From NCBI GenBank assembly GCA_020137815.1, contig CM035358.1, positions 3,162,001 through 3,226,000 of the forward strand: a DNA stretch of 64,000 bases, given 5' to 3'. Below the pieces are notes generated by a model, which ran no database searches, was not told the DNA's origin, and was given only the letters and a program-made list of their open reading frames with translations. Positions 44,501 to 58,483 of the stretch are shown here, one piece after another. Each line of letters opens with the position of its first letter. Position 1 is the stretch's first letter. A program made the translations under genes and the position numbers. Source of the DNA: Hormiphora californensis. Its lineage: Eukaryota > Animalia > Ctenophora.

Positions 44501-47500
44501 CTGGACTGAGCGGTATACTAAAAACCCTTTATTATTATTATTATTATTATAATATATATAATATATGCCTAAGTGCTGCATGCTATTTTAGTCTGTAGTG
44601 TGTAACCAAACACTCACTGTAACCTAGATAGTAACTGAAGACTCCAATTCCAGCTAACCCCCGCTCTCTTCCCTCTCCCTAGCTGGATATCTCTATGTCC
44701 AGTTTCGTTCCTTTTGCATTATTTTACTCGACCCTCTTATCAAATCACAAGCTTTGCAAACTGCTGCCTTTCTTCCATTGCCTTTCCCACATTTGTCAGC
44801 CTCCTAACTTGCTAACTGTACAACTTGCTAACTGTATAACCCCTTGAAGGATCGAAATGGAAGCTCAGGACCTGTTTAATATTGGTGGTGATGACACCAG
44901 ACTACTTCTGGTAGCGTCCTACCTCAAGTACATCCTACCTGTACTGGTAGTGGTGACAGTAGCACTTTCAATAGTCAACCTGGTAATGGCAGTGAACAGT
45001 GAACCGTGTCAGAGACCCAGCTACCTTGTCTACTGCAATATCCTAATGTCAGGTATAGTGTGTTTATTTGCTGTCAATACAACTCAGCACTGGTGCAGCA
45101 CCAGCACTGCTGCAGTACACAGTAGTATCACACGTCAGGGGTGTGTGTGTTCTGTGTGTACAATGTGACACTACTGTAGTAGCTATATTAGGCAGATGGG
45201 GGTGCACGCACTTTTATTGAGTTCACTATGACACCTCATTTACTCTCCAGATTTAGTGATAGCACTGGGGGCTGTCTTCCTGACCCTGTACATTGTGAAA
45301 CCTGGTACAACATGGTTTTTACACTGGTTCAATAACATGATATGGATCTCATTCTATGCTGGGGAACCACTACTATTCACCCTCGCTCTCCTAAGGGTAA
45401 TACCAAGATAATCCCGTCTCAAGACCTCAGCTGATATTTTATAATCACTTTTAATTCTGTTAATGAAAAATACCTAATGCCTAACTCCCTGCAGATCATG
45501 GCTTGGAGGTTGAGTGCAAATTACTGGATAGATAACGGTCCTAATGTTGCTAAGATTATGATGGCAGTATCTTGGTGTGTGGGTCTAACTGTCACCATTC
45601 TACACAATATCTACCCTAAATGGACAGATCCCTGGACTCTTGCCAAGGATGTCCTAAACTTGACACTGATATTCAGCACAATAGTACTAAACTTGGTAGT
45701 GTGGTTGAGGTTGAGGCAGCTGAGGCAGTTCCCACAGTATTACAATTGTGCAGTGACATCACTGTGGTTGTTCATCAACTACCTACCGTGCAGCCTTTAT
45801 TATGCTACCTGCTACTCCATATGGGTGGTGGGATACATCATCGGTAAGAATGAACGGGAGATTCTCCCGAGGAGAAATTTAAAAAAAGGGAGATAGGGAA
45901 GGAAAGGGTAGGGTAGGGAAGGAGAAAGAGAGAAAGGGAGAAGGACCGACAGAAAGACATCCCCAGTGGTGCTCGATTGAAAATCTTAACTCTATCGAAA
46001 TATTTTGAACGGCAAAATTTGAAGAAAATAGCTCATCTGAACGGCAAAATTCACAACAACCAAAACCAAACCCAATTTGTGACTAAGTGTGGTCTAATGA
46101 ACAGTTTAGAACCGTAGATAGGCGGTAGATCGGTAAGATAGAGTCAATTTATTTCATAGGTCTACTAGTGATACTTAGTCAAAATTTGCCAAAATGGCTT
46201 ATTTGATGAGTTAAAATTCAAAACAACCAAAACCAAACCCCATTTGTGACTAAGTGTGGTCTAATGAACAGTTTAGAACCGTAGATAGGCGGTAGATCGG
46301 TAAGATAGAGTCAATTTATTTCATAGGTCTACTAGTGAGACTTAGTCAAAATTTGAGAAAATGGCTTATTTGATGAGTTAAAATTCAAAACAACCAAAAC
46401 CAAACCCCATTTGTGACTAAGTGTGGTCTAATGAACAGTTTAGAACCGTAGATAGGCGGTAGATCGGTAAGATAGAGTCAATTGATTTCATAGGTGTAGT
46501 GAGTATTAGTGACACGAATAAGGTATAAAGCCGTTGAAAAACGTCAATCTACATCTCCGATGTGGCCGAGTGGCTAAGGCGCCATACTTATCACACACAA
46601 GGTCCCGGGTTCGAACCCCGCACATAAATTTTACATTTTTTACTGAAATTTTCCAACGGCAACGCTTTTTTGAACGGCCAATTCAATTTGAACGTTAAGC
46701 AATCGAGCACCACTGGGAAGACATCTAACATGTTTTTTATTTCAGATGACCCACATTTGTGCACTACCGAAACATGGTTTGGTCTTCTTCTTTGTTCAAA
46801 TGTTGGCCGACACTATCTAGCAACATGCCTCATGCTCCTTCAGTCACTAGGGAACAATCTAATCCTCTTGTCCGAGGCACAAAACAGAGAGACATTGCGA
46901 CTTCTTGTTCTTTACGTTATTGAAATGTGTCGATGTGATAGAAACACTTTCTCTGCATCTGATTATGATTACTTGATGTGATGTATTCTCACCTCATAAA
47001 GAAAACTTTTTGATTCGTCTCGTCCTGTGAAGGGCCATCGTTGGGTCTGGTGATGAAAATAGTGTGATAATTAATAGAAACTGAAGATTATAGGAGCTGA
47101 AGATTAGGAGCTACCAATTTCGAAAAATAATTGTTGGGCAATTCCACAACTTTATCTGTTCAATACAACATTTATTTCCTTATAAAGATATTTTTACCTC
47201 GTTTTGTTTAAAATCCTTGGCATTGACGAGTTCCTTAATAAAAGTAATATCAGTTGAAGTAATACCACATTCCTCCAGTGACGTCCTAACCTTTTCGTGA
47301 TGCTCTAATATGTGATCTAACGGTGATAGAGAGGGGTTCATAAAATTGAAAACAGGAGTAATAACTACGGTAGTTGAGATGCTAGAAGTAATTTCAATAT
47401 TGAGTGCAGTAGGAGTTGATAAGGACCATTACCGAAAACAAGACAGGACTGCAGTTCGTGAGACCAGGAAAACCGGCCTTCAATAAAAGAATTGTCAAAC

Positions 47501-48221
47501 AAGTGGGAGAAGGGACCGTGCCCTAAATCATGGATCAGACCTGCTATCTGAGAGGGAGGGGATAGGAAGGCGTGTTATGTTATACATGTAACATGTTCCT
47601 TTATATTTGTATGTGTGGGACGCGGTGAAACAGGGTGGAGCAAGCCAAAGTAAGGCATTAAAATGTCAGCTTTGCCTTTCAAGATAGGTACCTATATTTT
47701 ATTGCGTTACTACCAGGAACCGACCGAATCAGGAAATACTGGTCCCTGATTGGCTGATAACTAGTCAGGTGACCTAAATAACGAGTTCTGATTGACTGTT
47801 TACTTGTTTCGGTCGGTTCCTGGTTACTACCTGGACACACAGTTTATCCACTGGAGTTATGGTGTCAGTTTGTGTTGACAGTCTGTCAATAAACTGTCCT
47901 GCGAGATAGGCCACACCAATACTGTGCTCAAATCTATTGTGAGTCGCTCCTAGATAGATAGGGAAAGTGTTTCAATATATTATGAAGCTAAACGATATAT
48001 CGCATTACTATAACACACACCCGATCACACTAGAATTATATCCTTAGCCACTCTACCGATATTAACCTCCTACCCAAACACCTACCAGGGTACACATAGT
48101 AGCATGTCCCGGTTTGTTTTATATTTCGTAATCTCTGGAACTCAGGAGTATCAATAATAAGTACCAGCGTCCTCTCCAGCTCTATAGTTCCGTGTATGGG
48201 GTCATTAAAGATATAACTCAT
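41515..48221 (-). CDS. SAMHD1: SAMHD1-like HD-domain dNTP triphosphohydrolase (no SAM domain seen)
   Basis: Motifs [70 protein letters not shown]|[20 protein letters not shown] and AYQHPT. Last exon ends PKDSA*. Confidence 0.93.
43823..43989. mobile_element. Short MITE
   Basis: TIR ataggccagtcatatgacgt / acgtcatatgactggcctat. Confidence 0.7.
43998..44550 (+). mobile_element. 5'-truncated L2/CR1-group LINE 3' end
   Basis: Reads [24 protein letters not shown], followed by a 3' UTR ending in an (ATT)n tail. Confidence 0.8.
44857..46981 (+). CDS. Divergent 7TM GPCR, 4 exons, nested antisense in a SAMHD1 intron
   Basis: Exons ~44857-45052, 45251-45395, 45495-45843 and 46746-46981 join in frame. 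Motifs YCNILMSD (TM2), LALLR (TM3), VSW (TM4), NYLP (TM6) and LGNNLIL (TM7). Confidence 0.8.
45962..46717. mobile_element. Non-autonomous TIR element (CCCAGTG ends, 8-bp TSD) with ~168-bp internal tandem repeats and a tRNA-like segment
   Basis: TIR cccagtggtgctcgattg/caatcgagcaccactggg; TSD aagacatc; ~2.6 repeat units at 46055-46495. Confidence 0.92.
46556..46621 (+). other. tRNA-derived Pol III A/B-box unit (pseudo-tRNA)
   Basis: A box tggccgagtggctaagg, B box gggttcgaacccc and downstream T-runs. Confidence 0.7.
47714..47822 (-). mobile_element. 109-bp hAT-like MITE, copy 4 (inverted)
   Basis: TSD gttactac. Confidence 0.92.
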
Positions 48222-48991
48222 GCTAGATAGAGATCAGGGTTGTGAACATAGTTATATTGGAGGAGTGGTGGATAATATGGGAAGGAATGTCTTCAGGGGT
48301 TTTCAGGAAGGGTGCTGGGTACTGGCGGGGGTACTGCACCGGGGAGAAAACAAAGCATTTAACAGTTGAAGCCGATGTTATAACTCTTTACAATATACAT
48401 CTAACGGCGCACGTGATCACAAAAATCTTTGATATTTACAAACTTGGAACACGATCTTCATGTCTAGGGGTCAGCCACAGTCTCAAAGAGATGATTAAAA
48501 TATTTGACAAAAACTAACGCTATCTGTGAACAACCCCATAACACTTTTTAAACAGCACCATGATTTATAGTGTCACACAAATCATGTTGTCTGTTGTGGG
48601 AGCTTCCTGTTGGGATAGAGACGGTTTAATAACCATAGATCTAAACTTCAACAAATCACTCCCTAACAAATTAATTAAATAATATTTATAGGTTGGGGAG
48701 AGGTTTCAAAAAACGATGAACAGAGATACAAATCAAATCACATTTGATATTATTAACTTTATAAAGTTGAGAAAACTAAACCCTGGTATGGTAAAAGTAG
48801 AAAATATATTCTGCCCCATTTGAAAATGATATGAACTAGGGGTATCGAAAAACGGATCGCTCACTCTCTCTTTCTCAGCTCTCTCTTTCTCTTTCTCATT
48901 CTCTCTTTTCAAAGTTAGTTGCTCGTATATACGGTTATAGGAAAAATATAGAAATGTATCAATATTAGATATAAATTAAATTAATAACTTA

Positions 48992-51900
48992 CTCGACCAA
49001 AACGCGGAGTTTTTACGTCAGCCGACCCGAAACCGGATTAAATTTGGGCACCCGCTGGTCTAAGGGTCTCCAAATACGTCAAAATATGTTTAAATTATCA
49101 TTTGGGATCATGCAGACCTTTTAATTACATGTAATTACCCTTTAATTACATGCAATTACATTTTAATTACATGTAATTACTTCCAATTACATTCCAATTA
49201 CTTCAGCACCTCGAGAGCTTTCGAACGCACCCTAGAACACCTTTATACTCCTTCTAATTGCCGAGTTCTGTATACCCCATATTTTGACTGTTTTTCGCGT
49301 CCTACCCATTATAGGTTTGGGCACACCCATCGCCACACCCCCTATACGTCGCGGGACCTCGAGACCTTTCCAACGAGCCATAGAACACCTCTCTACTACT
49401 TCAGGGGGCTTCAAAACTTTCACTCTAAAAATATCTATGGTTTTATGGTTTATGGTTACCTCGACCAAAACGCGGAGTTTTTACGTCAGCCGACCCGAAA
49501 CCTGATTAAATTTGGCCACTCGCTGGTCTCGGAGCCTCCAAATATGTCAAAATATGTCTAAATTGTCATTTGGGGTCATTTAGACCTTTTAATTACATTT
49601 AATTACCCTTTAATTGCATGTAATTACATTTTAATTACATGTAATTACTTCCAATTACATTCCAATTACTTCAGCACCTCGAGAGCTTTCGAACGCACCC
49701 TAGAACACCTTTCTACTCCTTCTAATTGCCGAGTTCTGTATACCCCTTATTTTGACTGTTTTTCGCGTCCTACCCCTTATAGGTTTGGGTATGGCCATCG
49801 CCACACCCCCTATACGTCGCGGGACCTCGAGACCTTTCCAACGAGCCATAGAACACCTCTCTACTACTTCAGGGGGCTTCAAAACTTTCACTCTAAAAAT
49901 ATCTATGGTTTTATGGTTTTATGGTTTTATGGTTACTCGACCAAAACGCGGAGTTTTTACGTCAGCCGACCCGAAACCTGATTAAATTTGGCCACCCGCT
50001 GGTCTCAGAGCCTCCAAATATGTCAAAATATGTCTAAATTGTCATTTGGGGTCATTTAGACCTTTTAATTACATGTAATTACCCTTTAATTACATGTAAT
50101 TACATTTTAATTACATGTAATTACTTCCAATTACATTCCAATTACTTCAGCACCTCGAGAGCTTTCGAACGCACCCTAGAACACCTTTCTACTCCTTCTA
50201 ATTGCCGAGTTCTGTATACCCCTTATTTTGACTGTTTTTCGCGTCCTACCCCTTATAGGTTTGGGTATGGCCATCGCCACACCCCCTATACGTCGCGGGA
50301 CCTCGAGACCTTTCCAACGAGCCATAGAACACCTCTCTACTACTTCAGGGGGCTTCAAAACTTTCACTCTAAAAATATCTATGGTTATGGTTTATGGTTA
50401 CTCGACCAAAACGCGGAGTTTTTACGTCAGCCGACCCGAAACCGGATTAAATTTTGCCACCCGCTGGTCTCAGGGCCTCCAAATATGTCAAAATATGTTT
50501 AAATTATCATTTGGGATCATACAGACCTTTTAATTACATGTAATTACCCTTTAATTACATGTAATTACCCTTTAATTACATGTAATTACTTCCAATTACA
50601 TTCCAATTACTTCAGCACCTCGAGAGCTTTCGAACGCACCCTAGAACACCTTTCTACTCCTTCTAATTGCCGAGTTCTGTATACCCCTTATTTTGACTAT
50701 TTTTCGCGTCCTACCCCTTATAGGTTTGGGTATGGCCATCGCCACACCCCCTATACGTCGCGGGACCTCGAGACCTTTCCAACGAGCCATAGAACACCTC
50801 TCTACTACTTCAGGGGGCTTCAAAACTTTCACTCTAAAAATATCTATGGTTTTATGGTTATGGTTTTACTCGACCAAAACGCGGAGTTTTTACGTCAGCC
50901 GACCCGAAACCGGATTAAATTTTGCCACCCGCTGGTCTCAGGGCCTCCAAATGTGTCAAAATATGTCTGAATTGTCATTTGGGGTCATTTAGACCTTTTA
51001 ATTACATGTAATTACCCTTTAATTACATGTAATTACAGTTTAATTACATGTAATTACTTCCAATTACATTCCAATTACTTCAGCACCTCGAGAGCTTTCG
51101 AACTCACCCTAGAACACCTTTCTACTCCTTCCAATTGCCGAGTTCTGTATACCCCTTATTTTGACTGTTTTTCGCGTCCTACCCCTTATAGGTTTGGGTA
51201 TGGCCATCGCCGCACCCCCTATACGTCGCGGGACCTCGAGACCTTTCCAACGAACCATAGAACACCTCTCTACTACTTCAGGGGGCTTCAAAACTTTCAC
51301 TCTAAAAATATCTATGGTTATGGTTTTATGGTTATGGTTTACCTCGACCAAAACGCGGAGTTTTTACGTCAGCCGACCCGAAACCTGATTAAATTTTGCC
51401 ACCCGCTGGTCTCAGGGCCTCCAAATGTGTCAAAATATGTCTGAATTGTCATTTGGGGTCATTTAGACCTTTTAATTACATGTAATTACCCTTTAATTAC
51501 ATGTAATTACATTTTAATTACATGTAATTACTTCCAATTACACTCCAATTACTTCAGCACCTCGAGAGCTTTCGAATGCACCCTAGAACACCTTTCTACT
51601 CCTTATAATTGCCGAGTTCTGTATACCCCTTATTTTGACTGTTTTTCGCGTCCTACCCCTTATAGGTTTGGGTATGGCCATCGCCACACCCCCTATACGT
51701 CGCGGGACCTCGAGACCTTTCCAACGAGCCATAGAACACCTCTCTACTACTTCAGGGGGCTTTAAAACTTTCACTCTAAAAATATCTATGGTTTTATGGT
51801 TTTATGGTTTTATGGTTTATGGTTTACTTGACCAAAACGTGGAGTTTTTACGTCAGCCGACCCGAAACCGGATTAAATTTGGCCACCCGCTGGTCTCAGG

Positions 51901-54140
51901 GCCTCCAAATATGTCAAAATATGTCTGAATTGTCATTTGGGGTCATTTAGACCTTTTAATTACATGTAATTACCCTTAAATTACATGTAATTACATTTTA
52001 ATTACATGTAATTACTTCCAATTACATTCCAATTACTTCAGCACCTCGAGAGCTTTCGAACGCACCCTAGAACACCTTTCTACTCCTTCTAATTGCCGAG
52101 TTCTGTATACCCCTTATTTTGAATGTTTTTCGCGTCCTGCCCCTTATAGGTTTGGGTATGGCCATCGCCACACCCCCTATACGTCGCGGGACCTCGAGAC
52201 CTTTCCAACGAGCCATAGAACACCTCTCTACTACTTCAGGGGGCTTCAAAACTTTCACTCTAAAAATATCTATGGTTATGGTTTATGGTTTATGGTTTTA
52301 TGGTTTTTTTTCATCTGGTATTAAGGGCCTGTCGGCTCGGCCCCGTTGTTTTAGTTTTAGGGGGGATGTTTTAGGGGGGATGGGTTGAGTTTGGGTTATA
52401 TTCGGGTCGGGGGGCCTTGCCAGGCCCCGAATGGTTACTCGACCAAAACGCGGAGTTTTTACGTCAGCCGACCCGAAACCGGATTAAATTTGGCCACCCG
52501 CTGGTCTCAGGGCCTCCAAATATGTCAAAATATGTCTGAATTGTCATTTGGGGTCATTTAGACCTTTTAATTACATGTAATTACCCTTTAATTACATGTA
52601 ATTACCCTTTAATTACATGTAATTACTTCCAATTACATACCAATTACTTCAGCACCTCGAGAGCATTCGAACGCAACCTAGAACACCTTTCTACTCCTTC
52701 CAATTGCCGAGTTCTGTATACCCCTTATTTTGACTGTTTTTCGCGTCCTACCCCTTATAGGTTTGGGTATGGCCATCGCCACACCCCCTATACGTCGCGG
52801 GACCTCGAGACCTTTCCAACGAGCCATAGAACACCTCTCTACTACTTCAGGGGGCTTCAAAACTTTCACTCTAAAAATATCTATGGTTTTATGGTTTTAT
52901 GGTTTTATGGTTTATGGTTTATGGTTTACTCGACCAAAACGCGGAGTTTTTACGTCAGCCGACCCGAAACCGGATTAAATTTTGCCACCCGCTGGTCTCA
53001 GGGCCTCCAAATGTGTCAAAATATGTCTGAATTGTCATTTGGGGTCATTTAGACCTTTTAATTACATGTAATTACCCTTTAATTACATGTAATTACATTT
53101 TAATTACATGTAATTACTTCCAATTACATTCCAATTACTTCAGCACCTCTAGAGCTTTCGAACGCACCCTAGAACACCTTTCTACTCTTTCTAATTGCCG
53201 AGTTCTGTATACCCCTTATTTTGACTGTTTTTCGCGTCCTACCCCTTATAGGTTTGGGTATGGCCATCGCCACACCCCCTATACGTCGCGGGACCTCGAG
53301 ACCTTTCCAACGAGCCATAAAACACCTCTCTACTACTTCAGGGGGCTTCAAAACTTTCACTCTAAAAATATCTATGGTTTATGGTTTTATGGTTTATGGT
53401 TTTATCGACCAAAACGCGGAGTTTTTACGTCAGCCGACCCGAAACCGGATTAAATTTGGCCACCCGCTTGTCTCAGGGCCTCCAAAGATGTCAAAATATG
53501 TCTGAATTGTCATTTGAGGTCATTTGGACCTTTTAATTACATGTAATTACCCTTTAATTACATGTAATTACGCTTTAATTACATGTAATTACTTCCAATT
53601 ACATTCCAATTACTTCAGCATCTCGAGAGCTTTCGAACGCACCCTAGAACACCTTTCTACTCCTTCCAATTGCCGAGTTCTGTATACCCCTTATTTTGAC
53701 TGTTTTTCGCGTCCTACCCCTTATAGGTTTGGGTATGGCCATCGCCACACCCCCTATACGTCGCGGGACCTCGAGACCTTTTCAACGAGCCATAGAACAC
53801 CTCTCTACTACTTCAGGGGGCTTCAAAACTTTCACTCTAAAAATATCTATGGTTTATGGTTTATGGTTTATGGTTTTATGGTTTTTTTTCATCTGGTATT
53901 AAGGGCCTGTCGGCTCGGCCCCGTTGTTTTAGTTTTAGGGGGGATGTTTTAGGGGGGATGGGTTGAGTTTGGGTTATATTCGGGTCGGGGGGCCTTGCCA
54001 GGCCCCGAATGGTTATGGTTATGGTTTTTTTTTCATCTGGTATTAAGGGCCTGTCGGCTCGGCCCCGTTGTTTTAGTTTTAGGGGGGATGTTTTAGGGGG
54101 GGTGGGTTGAGTTTGGGTCGGGGGGCCTTGCCAGGCCCCG
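48992..54140. repeat. Composite satellite: ten ~475-bp A units and three ~125-bp B units (A7-B-A3-B-B)
   Basis: A units start near 48992, 49460, 49937, 50401, 50869, 51343, 51827, 52438, 52929 and 53405. B units start near 52305, 53883 and 54025. Linkers are variable (TTTATGG)n. Confidence 0.95.
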
Positions 54141-54573
54141 AATTAATAACTTATTGTATAGTATACTTTACATACATTGATATTCATAGCGTATGTAATA
54201 ATTAAATGTTTTAAAAAATAAATAATAAATGGTCTTATCGTATATCTATATAAGTATAATGATTAATGTAATAGGTATCTGTTACATAGTCTCCTGATCT
54301 AGGTCAAGATAAAACTCTGGGTCTGAAACCTGCGTGTGTCATCTACGCCATGAGCCGGTGTTACTCAACACGAATTTCATTAAGTTGAAGATGCACACGG
54401 CGTGTCTCTACACAGAGATTGTAACGTGACCCAAATATCAGGATAACTAAATATATTTGTGTGGTATTGAATCGTGCCAGATAGAACTTAATCAACACGC
54501 AATGGATTCAAAGCTCTCATTCTTGCACAACTCAAATACCACGATAATGCTTTTTAGAAAAGTAGTTGTGCAC

Positions 54574-55938
54574 TTAGTAGATGGAGGGAGCCACATAGCA
54601 CCCTCTCTGATTCATGTGCGTGTACTGGTGGTCTTGACTCTTGAATGTGAAGGGGTCAACTTGTTCCCGACGTTTCTGTTCCAGCATTCTGTGGTGCTAC
54701 AAGGGGAGAAGTAGGGTTGACTTTGTAACCAATGTTAGCATCTTGAAGTTGCTAAAAGAAAGCTTATTGTTGTTCTAGAGAGTCAAGGTTGCTACCATCC
54801 CGGCAAGTTGGCGGGTACCACTCACCTCAACCTGTAGGAATCCCAACCACTTTCTCAGCAGGTCCATAAGACTCTCTCCAGGGTGTGAGAGATGGAAGAG
54901 AGCTACGTTCCTGTCCCGGCAATACTGGTATCCCATATCCGCCACTATCACAGATATATCCCTCTCCTGCGGGTAAACCGGGATAGGATAGAGAATGAGG
55001 GAGATTGGACAAAGAGAATATGATAATATGAGCTCTAGGAGGATTAAACTTACACACTGCTGCAGGGCTAAGCTGGGAACATGTGCATTCCAGTTGAGCT
55101 CCTTCAAGATCCGTGATTTTGTCTGGCTGACCTTCTTCTTTAGCCTGAACTCGTCAATAATGGGTAGTTCGGAGTGAGCACTTAATGTTAGTAGGTAACA
55201 TTGTAACATCATGTTAAAGATCTCGTTACTGTAATCCTCCAACATATCGATAGCCAGGCTCCTGAAATAGGATGTTATTAACCAGGCGTGTCAGGAGATC
55301 ATGTCATGGGGGAGGAGGTAGGAGACGGCATATGAGGGTAGATACTGGATAGTTGAACTTACAGAAAAGCTAGAAATTCAGGTTCAGACGCGGGTTCAAA
55401 GGTTTGCCTCATGTAGTACAGGACACATGACAGAATGTTCTGAAATGAGTAAATGTCAGTCTTCAATGTCAGAGTTTTGTAATAAAAAAGAGCGAAACAG
55501 TTATAATTGGGGATTAGTGTGATGTTGTATACCTTGTCTGAGAAGAAAAAGAACACATCTTTGTTCATCATGACACTGATGTCTTTCCCTGAGTGAGTGA
55601 GTGAGTGAAGTGCTGGGTGAGTGCAGCTCAGTGACAAAGTGGAATTGAACTACTGCTTGAGTGCTTGACGCGAGTGTTTCTAGACATCTAAAAAAATATT
55701 GACACTTACCGGACAAGATCTGTCGTAACCGATCCAGGGTGTGATCAGCCTTGTTATTGAGCCCACCAAGAATGGCACTTCCACCCGTGTATCCACCGTA
55801 CATGTTCATATCGTTAGGCTGACGCCTCATAACCATAGGGACCTTCCACAGTTGGTCCACGATGTACGTGTTGTTAGTGGAAACTGTTGTCATGCTTCGA
55901 GTCTTCATTGCTGATTGCTGAGACTGTGTCTTGATCAT
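54574..55938 (-). CDS. Uncharacterised 5-exon protein with a weak cyclin-box-like segment
   Basis: Exons ~55938-55710, 55588-55362, 55262-55054, 54967-54826 and 54696-54574 have canonical splice sites. KSRILKELNWNAHVPS resembles cyclin N-box helix 5. Ends VAPSIY*. Confidence 0.6.
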
Positions 55939-56021
55939 CGCTAAACTGATTTAAAAAAAAAGTATTCTTAATTCTACAATAGTCAATATCGCTTACTCGG
56001 AGGCACTTAGGGTCACTAAAC

Positions 56022-58050
<2,029 letters not shown>

Positions 58051-58296
58051 AAAGTATCAATTTAGTGCCAATATAGTTCAGGGGATGTGAGGTCTATGGG
58101 AGGCCTCTGGTCGGTACCTATAACTTGCTTAACAGCCCTCGGGGCCACAGAAAATGGACAAGACACAAAACGGCAAGTCTTTTTTGGGTTACTGAAAAAA
58201 TTCGGGCGACAAATTTTAAGAATTTCCGAACGCGCACAAAAAACATTTCGTGCGCGCAGGTAAACAGAACAAAACTGCGCGTTACCAAATTGCGCG

Positions 58297-58316
58297 TTTA
58301 AAGAACTCGCGCCAAA
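58297..58316 (-). promoter_or_regulatory. Candidate E2F/CDE-CHR element
   Basis: TTTGGCGCG-AGTTC-TTTAAA in a CGCG-rich island upstream of the cyclin-like gene. Confidence 0.4.
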
Positions 58317-58483
58317 CGATCCAGGCATGAGTCATTGCGCGCTACGTAACAATTGCACCAGGGAAGCAGAGAGAAGAAGCGGATTTGCTTTTCAAGTGAT
58401 AAGCGAGTATTATACAAACACACAGAACCCTCTACACAAAATTATACACACACATACACACATGAACAAAGTAAAAAGTGAGT

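Noticed and set aside
11011-46621. Functional tRNA genes at 11011-11084 and 46556-46621
   Set aside because: A and B boxes are present, but the acceptor and anticodon stems do not pair, and both lie inside TIR elements.
48992-54140. CRISPR-like array, or repeated small ORFs (MTVFRVLPLIG.., MKVLKPPEVV..)
   Set aside because: Units are ~475 bp with no unique spacers and no cas genes. The ORFs use non-ATG starts and simply recur with the satellite.
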